A stretch of 56,276 bases of DNA, from positions 1-56,276 of the forward strand of contig NW_004797968.1 in the NCBI RefSeq assembly GCF_000002075.1, given 5' to 3'. The DNA comes from Aplysia californica (taxonomy: Eukaryota). Shown one piece after another: positions 38,285 to 50,733 of the stretch. Position 1 is the stretch's first letter. Every line of letters starts with the position of its first letter. Under the pieces are notes generated by a model. The model did not search any database. It was not told where the DNA came from and saw only the letters and a program-made list of their open reading frames with translations. A program made the translations under genes and the position numbers.

Positions 38285-41200
38285 CGCTCTGTAGAAAGTG
38301 TAGATTTTGTTCCTTGTATAAAGAATTTCTCTCCCCCACCTGTCTACTGCTTTGCCCTGCAAACCTTGAAATTGACCTGCTTTGTGTAAATTCAAATCAG
38401 GAGTTTGGTAGTTCCAAATGATTCTTCTTATTTCTGCTAGAAGACTCCGCTCGAAAGTAGATCACCTGTTTAGGCCACCCATTTTCTTGGCTGGGCACAA
38501 AACTTGAGGGAAACGTTTCAGAAAGAATGATAAAAATCCTTCTATTTCTAACTTTAAACATCCGAATGTTAGTCCTGGGGTAAGAGAAAAAAGCCCCCAG
38601 GATGTCTTTTTTCATCTTCTTCTTCCTTCTCAATGTGTCAGTCAATCCAGTGGTGTGCACAAACTATGCAGTCCTTGAAGATTTTCGAACGTACCATTTA
38701 CCGTTCTTTCCCCTGTAGTGTAGTATTTTTATTGCCATGTCTGTGCTCTTGGTCAAGCCCCAAACCAGTATTTTAACAGCGGCCGACAGAATTGCTTATC
38801 GTGGTCCTTTTGCATTCCTAACTTTGGTATTCTCTGCGTTTAATGAGATGGTATACCACACTGGATAAAAACAAAACTTCTTTACGAATCTGCTTTACAG
38901 CACTAAGCTCCGCATCGGTATTTTCACATTCAGTTTAACGACCGCAGATCTCTTGGACCGGCGTCTGGGAGGTAATGATTAGGCTCCTTGGTGTTGCACG
39001 CTGAAGACGTGAATTCGATTCTCGATTGGAAAAAATTATTTTATTTTATTTTATATATTGGTGTCTCTGCTGGGATGCCACATTCCACACAGCTTGGATT
39101 GGCCCTTGTTGTTGGAGTCGAAGCAGATTGTGCTACAGAATGTTCTATATTGGTTCAGTATATTAACGTAAACAATCAATCAATTCCTTCAGTTACTCAA
39201 CTCAAATTCAAGCCCAAATTCTAAAGAATTCCATCTATCTTTAAAAGTGTGGAGTTCCAGAGCCTCTAGAAATGGTTAATTAATCAGGGAAAACAAGCGT
39301 AGATTTTGCTACCTAAAAAAAGTCATGTATTGTCATATCACTTATCTCGACCCGTCCTTTCTTATTCTACAATGTCTCCTTATAATTATCATCTGATTTC
39401 GTATCGTCTTATTTAATCTCTTATCTCTTGTCGATCTGTCCATTCCTATTTCGTGCCATCCCATCTTATGTCATTACACACCATCTGATCTAATTGAGCG
39501 TGTCGTTGACATTAAAAAAATGTTTGGGGAGTGCGTATGGTGGGCGGTTGGCCCTTCTTTTCCTTTTATTTTCTGTCCGTCTATTCATCTTTATTTCCCA
39601 AAATGTTTTAGATTAAGGAGCTTCCTTGTTTTCAAACTCATTTTAGTACGCACACTATTCTTTTAAAAGGGTTGTTGGCGGGTGCTCTGGTGTGATTTTA
39701 TCCCCCCCCCCCTTATCAAACATCTTTTGTTCTTACCTCTCCTCCCTTGCATGTTTCTCACTTGTAAAATGCCTAATCTTTGGCACTTATATGACCCATT
39801 CGTGTTGCAAGTGTCATAAAACGTTTACTAAAACTAAACTAAAACCGATTAAAAAATTATTTCCTTCAGCCTCTGGGCAATGTGAGCGTGACCAAAGAGG
39901 CAGTGGCTGAGGCTGTGAGCTTCCTTGCATCGGACGCTGCCAGATTCCTCACAGGTCTGTGTATGCCGGTGGATGGTGGCAGATCTTTCACGGGGACATA
40001 ATTTGGGAAGTAGTCCTAGTGCTGGGGAATCTACCTATACAGTCACGTCCGGACTTTGGACACAGATAGCCCGAGACAGAGTGTTTTACACAACATTTAC
40101 AAAGACCAAGAGTTGATGGAATTACAATTAAACAGAAAATTTGAATGACTTTAATTTTTGGAAATTGGTGTTGACTCCTGCTTCAAAATCCTATTATTAA
40201 TATCATGTTTCCTCCCCAGTTCCATCTGGCTTACTTCCACCCCATTTTACAAAAAGAAGCACTGCAAACTTGAGAGTGCCAGAGCAAAGTGCATTCTGCT
40301 GAAAACACCACTCTTTCAGCGCGGTGCATAAAAAAACACTGTGTCCTTCCAGGACGGAGAAATAGGGGAGGGGGTCTGAAATTATAATTTGAAAAAAAAA
40401 ATGTTTGGGGGGGGGGATGCCGTATCGACTACAGATCGTCCTCTAGCGCAGGTATGACACTTGATACCAATGCTGTGTCTTGGATGGACTTGGAAAGACA
40501 AACAGGTGACAATTTCAGGAATCAGGGGGATGTCGTGTCTTTAATTTAATTTCTCTCAAATACTTTTCTTCATCTCAACCTAGTGTGTTGATGGGAAATG
40601 AGTGTATCATGTTAGACCTAAAATAGATTGCATGTTGTTAGGTGTCAAACACCATGTAAAAGCCTCATTATAACAAGGTGATGGATGGGTGAAAGGTGTG
40701 GCTGGTAGGCCCGGTTCTTTGTTCCTTGTCTTGTTTTCGTCTGCATGTTTAGCATTTTGAAGCACACCGTAACTATAATCTTATACAATGTATATATCAT
40801 AATTATGCCTCGTAGATGTGTCTCCTATTTATTAACACAGACTGATGGCAAAGGTGTCGAAACTAGTGTGCTGGTCGGCTATCAATTTTAGATCTATCAA
40901 TTTATGCGGTTGTGACGATCTGTCAATTTATACGGTTATGACGATCTATCAATTTGTANNNNNNNNNNNNNNNNNNNNNNNNNNNNNNNNNNNNNNNNNN
41001 NNNNNNNNNNNNNNNNNNNNNNNNNNNNNNNNNNNNNNNNNNNNNNNNNNNNNNNNNNNNNNNNNNNNNNNNNNNNNNNNNNNNNNNNNNNNNNNNNNNN
41101 NNNNNNNNNNNNNNNNNNNNNNNNNNNNNNNNNNNNNNNNNNNNNNNNNNNNNNNNNNNNNNNNNNNNNNNNNNNNNNNNNNNNNNNNNNNNNNNNNNGA

Positions 41201-42020
41201 TAGAGAGGTAGNNNNNNNNNNNNNNNNNNNNNNNNNNNNNNNNNNNNNNNNNNNNNNNNNNNNNNNNNNNNNNNNNNNNNNNNNNNNNNNNNNNNNNNNN
41301 NNNNNNNNNNNNNNNNNNNNNNNNNNNNNNNNNNNNNNNNNNNNNNNNNNNNNNNNNNNNNNNNNNNNNNNNNNNNNNNNNNNNNNNNNNNNNNNNNNNN
41401 NNNNNNNNNNNNNNNNNNNNNNNNNNNNNNNNNAGATACTAGATAAAAGAGACTTCCCAGCGCAGTAACTGACCCTGCGTATTTTGTTTGCAGCAACGAA
41501 GACATTGACCACCATCACAGCCGTCGGTGTTACAACCTTCATTACCTGCAATTGGGGAGTAATAAATCCCTTTTACTAATGGGTCAAGGTTTTCATGTTG
41601 GCATTCTGAAGACATCTGCTTCTTAAAAAATTAATCTTATTACGAATTGGGACACTTGACTGTAACACGTGTTTCAAGCGATATATATAATGATCAGGCA
41701 CTTTCAAAGTCTTTTCACAACCAGGACGTGGTCAAGTACTGACAGAGCATTATTGTGGTGGTGAATGGAATTCGATTTTTGTGTCGTAAAAAGGCATTGA
41801 AAAGCTATTCAGTTTCAGTATTTTTGACATCGCATCTGTTCGAATAGAAATGGCATTGTGCGCTTAAGTAAGATTCGAGTTTTGACACCACAGGTGCTGG
41901 GCCTTTGGAAGTACTCTTCAAAATACAGAGCCACGTACATTAGCCAAGCCGAGTACCGTATAGCTCATAGAATTGATAACTGATGTGGTGCTCGCCGTGG
42001 AAACGTCTGTCATATAATTC

Positions 42021-42831
42021 CAGTGGCGGTAGGTCGACCAAAATTTGCGTGGGGCTTGGGTTGCTTCCAGTTCTTTATCAACAACTAGCAAGCAATAAGA
42101 ACTAAACAGTGATGGTTTTTCTATACTCACCGTGAGCCACGACATTTTGAGAACCATTCAAACGAGATGAGTTACCTTTATTTTCCATCTCTTTGTTCTT
42201 AGTTAAGTTCTTGTTGATGGTGGGGACGAAGCCGATTCACCTCCAAATGTCCTCTAATTAATTTTCATGTGATGAAAATGTTGCCTTAAAAGTAGTTCGA
42301 GCAGCTAACTGTTAAATCTCAGTGGCACAAACAAAAACATGCACACACAGCACTTCAAACATACTATTTCTATGAACTGGATTAGGCCGTATACTCGAGA
42401 AAGTTGAACGCACCCAGCAAAGAACCAATGAGCGCATAGGTATCTGTGTCAGTGGTGGAAAGTAAACTTTCCCCCAATTGTCAGGGCTTGGAGAGCGTGA
42501 GCCCTCAGTACAGTGTTCTTTTTTCAAGTCTTTTACCTTTTTTACCAGAAGAGTTTCATTAAGGACGGACCGTATAAAAGGTCTCATCCTTTGCTGAGCC
42601 CTATAGACATTTGGTTGGCTGCTGGGTTACTATAGTTGTAAGCGGTGACAACAGTGATTGGATAAACGAACAAGCCGCCAAGTTGATCACTCTGTGTTCG
42701 TTGCGTGCGGTCATAACGGTTTCAACTGCTAATTTCCCTATGGAGAAACTTTCATTTACTTTGGGATAGAGTTGGGGTGGGGAGGGGAGAGGGGCTCAAG
42801 CCTGTGAGCCCTTCACTACTCACCGCAACTG
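42021..42831. mobile_element. hAT-like non-autonomous element
   Basis: TIR CAGTGGCGGT / ACCGCAACTG with an imperfect 8-bp flanking duplication TATAATTC / CATAAATC. Confidence 0.5.
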
Positions 42832-43498
42832 CATAAATCCAATTTCGGACTTAAGCTATACACGCTACTGAATTGCAAATTATTGAAACCCGTGTGTATT
42901 TTGCACGATAAATTGTGGGTGTCAGTGGCCATAGTACAGAATATCGCCTTGTTCGTATTTGAATGTGGTCTCCACAAGAAAAGGCATAATATCATGAAAA
43001 GAGGAATACAGAATATTGTTATCTGTCCGTTTTTATCAAACAGCAAACATCTGAAGCTGGGTGGGTGGTTGGCGGGTGCTCTGGTGTAGTTTGTTCCTTC
43101 TTTCCTATCAAACATTTATCGCCCTTATCTCCCCTTTTTCTTTTTTTATGTTTGTTACTCTCTTGTGACACCTCTAATCTTCTGGCGCTCATATGACCTT
43201 ATGCAGTTGCGAGCGCCGTAAAACCTCTACTAAAACTATAACTAACTCTGAAGCTGCTACAGGCTACAAGCGTCTGTGGTGTAACGGCTAGGCGCTTTAC
43301 CTTTGCGCACAAAATGGTTTGGTTTCAGTGAGGAGGAGGATTTTAATAAAGTATTTCGGTCTTTCTGCTGGGACATTGTGTCCCTCTCAGCTCAGGTTGG
43401 CCCTGGCACTGACAGAAAAGGTCGGAGCCTGCTTCCTAGATTGTCTAAATTGGGTCGATAAAATGGTGGTAAAGCACCTACATTTTTTAATTTAGAAA

Positions 43499-44020
43499 GG
43501 GGGCTCTCGTGGCTTACAGGTTAAGGTGTTCGCCTCTCATTCAAAGGTCCGGGGTTCGAATCCGGGTAGCGACCGAAAAATTTTCTTCTCTAAAATTGTC
43601 TCCTTTCACTGCTCTCTAGCAATGTTCTGTTGTCTGCTTTCGTCACCACTTTCTGCCGACCACCCCCTCACTTCTTTTGACCCCTCCTCTGGGCTCCTGA
43701 CTTTTTCTGCAGCCTTTCTACTGCTACTCTCTGGCTCCTACTTACTGCTGTCTTTCTGCCATACCCCTGATCTTCTGGTAGGAAAGATCTACACCTAGAC
43801 TTCTGGGACAATGGCAGAAAATCTCGGAGGTCCGGTGTGCAAGTTGTGCACGATAAAGATCCCTTGGTGGTCTCTAATAAATAACGGTAGGTTTCGGCCG
43901 CCACCCGGGCAAAACTCAAAATTTCCCACCAACCGAAAATGTTTAGTGTGTCCCGTACGCTCATATGACCTTATGCAGTTGCGAGAGTGGTAAAAAAAAC
44001 TATTTAAAAAACTATTTTAA
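43499..44020 (+). mobile_element. tRNA-derived SINE, young family
   Basis: Same head, body and tail as 4717. It interrupts TTTAGAAA|CAGGCT, which is contiguous in units 1 and 2. Confidence 0.88.
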
Positions 44021-44277
44021 AAAAGAAACAGGCTGTACTCTGCATCCTACCAAAAGATTTTAGCCAAAAAGTATCCTGCACAGATGCCTTGTTACAGAAG
44101 GATCCATTTACATTTGAAAAGGGTTGCACTAGATTTAAAAACCATTTTAAAAGATCGGACTCCTCCGAACAACTACTGATTTGTGTTTACTGATAGTCAG
44201 GAACCTCTTCCATTCATAGTAACAGCATGGTAGATAAACAGCTGTATAGATGGACATGTCACTATACGTGTCCTTGC

Positions 44278-45142
44278 CAGGCGCGGTTCGTCCATAGAGC
44301 ACGGTCGTGCAGTGCCGCCCAAAATGTTTTAATGTTCTATGACGTAAAGCACACACAATAATAAAATAAAAGACGCCAGAAACAAACACTAGCCAAATAT
44401 TATATCAAAACTAGGCCTTCGCTGGAGCTATAACTGTCGTTTCTATTCTATAGCGCCGTAAATCATCTACTATGCCATGCCTAAGTTCATGCGCTGTATC
44501 TAAACATAACAGGATAGTCAACAGTAGAAACCTGACCTATAAATCGCTCTTTGGGATAACCCAAGCGATGACGACACTTGTAGAGAGTTTGGCGGTACAT
44601 TAATATTAATAAGACGGCACATCTCAAATGTGCTCCTGCCGAATAGCGCAAAAACATAGCCCAGAGTAGGCAATCTAAAAATAAAGGCCATAGACTGTGC
44701 ACCTTTCCATGCCAAAATTATGTGGGCCCGGGAGCAATCCAGCGGAGTGCTCAAGTGAATTGTGATTGGTTCAATGTCTTGTCGCTATTTTAAGTGACTC
44801 TGTGACCGTGAACCTAAGGGAGGTGAACGTGACATACTTAAGTCGCCGTCCTATGAGTTGTGCTTTTGAACGGTTTTGTAGTGGATTGGGGAAAGGTATT
44901 ACTTGAGTGTTCAGTTCTAACGCAGGATGAATGAAATTGACGTTTAGCTAACAATGGTAACAAACAGATTTAGTTCTAGAAGTCACAAGTTAAAAGAATG
45001 AAAATAAAAGCACAAGGTCTTCCTTCACCAACCCAAAGATCCTAAAATTATACACCATCCCATTTACTCTGCCCTTGATTATCTTCATCCTAAGATAGCT
45101 TAATTGTGCACGCCCACTTTTTAGACCCACGAGCCGCCCCTG
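44278..45142. mobile_element. hAT-like non-autonomous element
   Basis: TIR CAGGCGCGGTTCGT / ACGAGCCGCCCCTG with 8-bp TSD GTCCTTGC / CTCCTTGC. Confidence 0.7.
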
Positions 45143-46117
45143 CTCCTTGCGTACACACGTCGACCTCTCGCTGTCCTACTTTGGACAACTCGTAATCTTT
45201 GACACTGAGACCGTCAACACGCTCTGGCCTTTTTATCACTATCTATCTTGGACAGAAGGCATTTGGATATAGTCTATAAGACTGGAAGACCACATACATG
45301 TATAATTATATATTTTTATAATCTTACGGTACTCTCTCTAAACCTGGAAAAGCCTGATCTTACAATTATTGAATTTCCATTATATTGTCTACACATTTAT
45401 CTTGGTGTGTGACATTCGGGCAAAATGGCTGAAAAGACGTGAGACTTCCGATCTTGTAAAAATTCTCAGTGCAGTGTTCTGTGTTCAGATGTTGTCAGTG
45501 TGTGGTGGACGCTTAAACAAAATCTTGTGAAGATCGTGACGAAAAGCCCAACGAATTTGGAAAAGAGAAATACGTGCTTTGTGTAGTCTCTTGAATTGTG
45601 GTCTAAGTTGTCGTTATTTATCCTAACTTCTGAAGCCTCAGTATCTAAAGAAAGGGGATAAAACTTTGAATCGGGCTGATTAATAAATTAGGACATGTTA
45701 GTGTTGAAAAATAGTTAAAAGGTGGGAATGTTTAGACAGGGCTTTAATAACACGCTGCCATACGTGTACATGCATGTTTAAACAAGACTGTCAAGAACAT
45801 ACACGTTCGATTAAAATTCAATTTGGAATTAATATCAATTTTGAAATAATTACCCCCCCCCCCAAAAAAAAAGCAAGCGAAAGCGGTTGAAGCTTTTTAA
45901 AAATAACAGAATTTGCTATTGTGGTCTCCAGCGCATTTAGCAGGTATGCTTTAAGTGTTAGCTAATCGCCAGGAATATTTTTCTGCGTATTTCTTTGAAC
46001 AGTAAGAGCTCATTGTATTTTATTGTTCAGAAGTTAGCATTACCGGCAAAGAGTTGTTTCCATTGACTGAATTGAAGACTACTTAGGCACAAAGCTTTAC
46101 TCCAGACTTCAGGTAAA

Positions 46118-48359
46118 ATGGCGTCAAGGAGAAGCCAACACAATGAACAACTCAAAGGCAAAGTTTGTGTCGTGACCGGAGCCAGCTCTGGGTTGGGGGA
46201 GAGCATCGCCATCATGTTCGCCCAGAGAGGAGCATCTGTCACCTTATGTGGCCGGAATGAGGACAGGCTGCAGGCCTCTTTGACCTTGTGTGTCCAGGCC
46301 AGTGGAGGTCAAGCTGGCCGCTTTTTGGCCGTGAGCGGGGACGTTGTCGATCCCTCTGCAAGGAAGGCGATTGTGGAGAAGACGGTTGAGAAATTTGGTC
46401 GTCTGGACGTGTTGGTGGCTAATGCTGGTGTAGCAGATCCCCAATGTGGGATTCTGACTGCTAGTGAAGAAACTTTTGATAAAATCATGAACACGAACGT
46501 AAAAGCAGTGTTCTTCCAGATCCAAGAAGCGGTGCCACATCTGGAAGCGAGCAAGGGCAACATTATCGTTGTTTCATCCGTGTCGTCAAAGATAGCGAGC
46601 ACACCCAACATAGCGTATCCGATGTCAAAAGCGGCAGTTGATCACATGATCCGATGTCTGGCCGTCGACCTTGGGCCGAAAGAGATCCGTGTCAACGCTG
46701 TGAATCCTTCCTATGTCCCTACCAGAATTCACAGGTTCGTGGATCTCTATAAACCAAAATTGTTGTTAGAAATAAGACTTTACTTTCAACCTCATGTGTA
46801 ATATAGGAAACAGATACATCTATTGGACACTAGTAAACCATAAATGGAACGCATCTACGAATATGTTTTCAAACATATTGAGAATTCCTTTTTTTATAAA
46901 CTTCTTATTTTATTTAGCTCGATTGACGCCATCATTTTTTTTATAGCAACGAGTATGTATAGTCAGTTAGCCCTATAGTTTCCTGACAACATGGTGCAAT
47001 AAGAATGACAATGTTTACACTTGTGTGTTGATAGGAAAACATGTATTTACGCCAATTATATAAATACTTATACATGTATTCTCAGAAAAGAGATAAATTG
47101 TGCGTTCTTATGCTAACAATCACGTTTTTTTCAAATAACATTTCTATAACTTTTCTTTTAAAAAATGAGGACAAAGCTTATATAATAAAAATGGTATTGC
47201 AAAATACTTGTGGAACAGACTAATAGTAATACACATTTGGNNNNNNNNNNNNNNNNNNNNNNNNNNNNNNNNNNNNNNNNNNNNNNNNNNNNNNNNNNNN
47301 NNNNNNNNNNNNNNNNNNNNNNNNNNNNNNNNNNNNNNNNNNNNNNNNNNNNNNNNNNNNNNNNNNNNNNNNNNNNNNNNNNNNNNNNNNNNNNNNNNNN
47401 NNNNNNNNNNNNNNNNNNNTGTCTGTCTGTCTTTCTCTGTCTCTATTCATATCTCACCCCCACCCAGTCGTGTACGTTACGTAAGTTAGCTCTACCGATA
47501 TTATTATTATCTTCGTTTTACCACCCGCAGTTCAACGAAGCCCTACTTTTCTTTCGCCACAGGGTGCCCAGTGAAACGGCGGGGGAGGCGCAAGAGTTCT
47601 TGTTGAACATTGAAGCCATGGTAGCTGCAAAGCATGTATGTAATCTAATGACGATTTATAATAATATATACTGTCATTATCAAAGCTTCATAATGAGTAT
47701 TCTCTCATAAACACTTCAGCATTAATCCCCCCCCCCTCGCACACACAAATACACTGACACGTATACACACACCTGCGCAAACATACAACACACACAGATG
47801 CACACACATGAACACACATACAACACATACATACAACACACACATATATACAACACACGCACACATACACACACGCCTCCTCCCCCAACCAACACACCTA
47901 CACACATTTATCAACCCATCCACACATACATGCACACACATGCTGGTTGAAATATCCTACATTTTGACGTTTTCGACTGGACGCTGGACGACCGAGGAAT
48001 GTAGGTAACTGAAGACGAAACCGTTAGACAGAGAGCTCCTTTCTTTTGTACGTTATCGTTATAATACTATAACTCTGTGTGATCTTTTTAATCACGTAAA
48101 TAACAAAAAATGTCCAATCCATTTCATGACCAAGTTGCAAAATTATTACCCCCCCCCCTCCTCTCCATGTCTAATAAAAGAATATATCACAACCCTTTTT
48201 CCCCAGCCACTCGGAAACAGATGTATCAGCAAAGACGCCGTAACCGAAGCAGTGTCTTTTTTGGCTTCCGATGCCGCACGTTTTATTACTGGTCAGTGCC
48301 TCCTGGTGGACGGAGGCAGACATTTGATGGGCTTCCTTCACCGCCCAGTCCCAAAATAA
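46118..48359 (+). CDS. SDR / FabG-like oxidoreductase, copy 5, divergent 3' half (280 aa); exons 46118-46734, 47563-47635, 48207-48359
   Basis: Exon 1 resembles the other copies. The 73-nt exon 2 (VPSETAGEAQEFLLNIEAMVAAKH) has cag/gtatgt sites and the same phases. Exon 3 reads PLGNRCISKDAVTEAVSFLASDAARFITGQCLLVDGGRHLMGFLHRPVPK*. Confidence 0.9.
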
Positions 48360-48504
48360 GAGTTCTGAACATCGACAGGGGGTATCTCGGATGCACATAA
48401 ATGTATTCGTGTATTTTAACAATAAATGTACAGATATCATGAGACCTATTGCGTGTGCCTTGAATTTAAAAAAAAACTATATACATATAATTTTTTGGAC
48501 CCTG

Positions 48505-48505
<1 letters not shown>

Positions 48506-48586
<81 letters not shown>
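48506..48586. repeat. (TA)n microsatellite
   Basis: Seen directly. Confidence 0.95.
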
Positions 48587-48588
<2 letters not shown>

Positions 48589-49409
48589 AGGCTATGTATG
48601 ATAGCATGCGACGCCGTGCAGTTCACAAAACGATTAAAACACAGAAATTAATACAGGCTGTCAGACTTTGATTTCACACATGCTTAAGGAAAGATGCTCT
48701 ATAAAAACAAAGCTTTTGTAAAAACAAACAAACAAAAAGTAGAAAGAAACTGGTGCAGTTGGCAACAAGCCTGAGGGACAGACACAAGATAATTGAGGTT
48801 TGAATCTGAGGGGGGGGGGGGGGGGGATGTCTAACTTTTATTGTCTATTCAGGACAGTTTCTTTCAGTCTGGTGCTTTTACGTGGTGACCAAATTCTTAG
48901 CCATCCCTTTTTTTTAGTGTAGTGCTNNNNNNNNNNNNNNNNNNNNNNNNNNNNNNNNNNNNNNNNNNNNNNNNNNNNNNNNNNNNNNNNNNNNNNNNNN
49001 NNNNNNNNNNNNNNNNNNNNNNNNNNNNNNNNNNNNNNNNNNNNNNNNNNNNNNNNNNNNNNNNNNNNNNNNNNNNNNNNNNNNNNNNNNNAGCACGCAC
49101 ATATACACATTTACAATACCTCCTTTCAAAAACAACAGTACTAACAAAGAATGTTTAAACTACAGTTAAAACTAACGTTCACTTAGTCCGTTAAAAAAGA
49201 GTCCCGAATCTGCTGCTCAAAGCAGAAACTTTAAAAGAAACCCGCCAAAAATGTACAACATTATGTGACACAATAATGCTAGAGCAGTACAAAATATGTT
49301 GTAACCATTTGTAGGTCCACCACGAGCAACAGAGGTATTTATAAAGTGTCTGATAACTCGATACTTTTCAAATCCATTTTGGGTCAGGTGCACACAAACA
49401 CATACGCAC

Positions 49410-49467
<58 letters not shown>

Positions 49468-49527
49468 AACACCATACACACATACAAGCACACAAACATA
49501 CACGCACAAACGGAAAACAACAACAGC

Positions 49528-49589
<62 letters not shown>
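49410..49589. repeat. (CAA)n plus (CA)n compound microsatellite
   Basis: Seen directly. Confidence 0.95.
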
Positions 49590-49590
<1 letters not shown>

Positions 49591-50733
49591 CCGCGTGGGC
49601 GCATGCGGGCGCCTCCTCACCCGACTAACCTTCCCACACACACTCACCCAGCCACTATAATATAATATGCTCAAATAGGTCTTGTTGAAATATCCTAGAA
49701 TCATATCGACCGTACGACCAAGGAATGTATGACCAAATCTTGTGGCAGTGCCTTATAACAACCAAAGAGTCTACATAACAAGAGGGGCCACTTCTCTCTT
49801 TGAGCCAATTAAAAAAGTGTCCTCAAAATTCGGTGGCGCCCTCTTCGCAAAAGCGCACCTTTTGCGAACAGAGTTATCCTACTTGAGTTTAAAAAATTAA
49901 AGTGAAACTAGCAAGTTTTTGAATGCATTTCGGAAGAACGCTTTTTTAAAATGGTTACGCTGACAAAAAAACCTCTTCCGGAGGAAAGGGTGATTGTTTT
50001 CTTCGTTTAATTTGACTTTAGAATGAAAGGCGAGAGGTCATTAAAAAACAAACAAACTAAAACTCTGCACTGAACGAACCCGAACTGCTAATGAACAGCA
50101 GTCGATCTGCGCACGCAAGGAGGTGCTATTCCTATTCTTCTTCTGGAAAAACGGAAGAGAGCTTCAAAACAGACTGCAGCACCATCTGAAGCAAAGAGCA
50201 TACTTCCTGCGGACACTTTTTTGGCTTAGTGGCCCATCTTGTTATTTACTATCTTTGTAACAACTAAAGCTGTGCAGAAAGGTGCACAAGCACACGCCAG
50301 GCTAAGGATAGCGGCGACTACAGTTGCTGCGCACTTGTCCCTCTCATCTCTGACTCCGGCAGCACAATGTGCAGAAACACAAGGACAATAACCTAAAGTC
50401 TGTTTGGTATACAAAATACAGAAGCAATAATATTAACAGTAACAACCACAATGGCAGCAACAATAACAATAACAGCAGGAACAATAACAGAAAAACAACG
50501 TAATCGTCATGCTAAGTATAAAACAGCAACATTAACACAATAGCAGCAACTACGACTGTGACAAGGTCGACAACAACAGCAGCAACAGCAAGAAAAAACG
50601 ACGATAAAGACAATAATAACAACAGCAACACCAATAATAACGACTGTCAAGAAATAAAAATCATGAGCAATGAACAACAATGTAAAATAAACATATTATT
50701 TAATACTATATATAGATAGATTTGGCATGATGG

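Larger units (their letters stand above)
34882..40019 (+). pseudogene. SDR pseudogene, copy 4; exon remnants 34882-35493, 36673-36745, 39870-40019
   Basis: A 4-nt deletion (cagAGAGggg) near 34990 gives TAA at 35023. There is also a 1-nt deletion near 35421, an inserted TAA at 39999-40001 and a further TAG at 40011 in exon 3. Confidence 0.9.
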
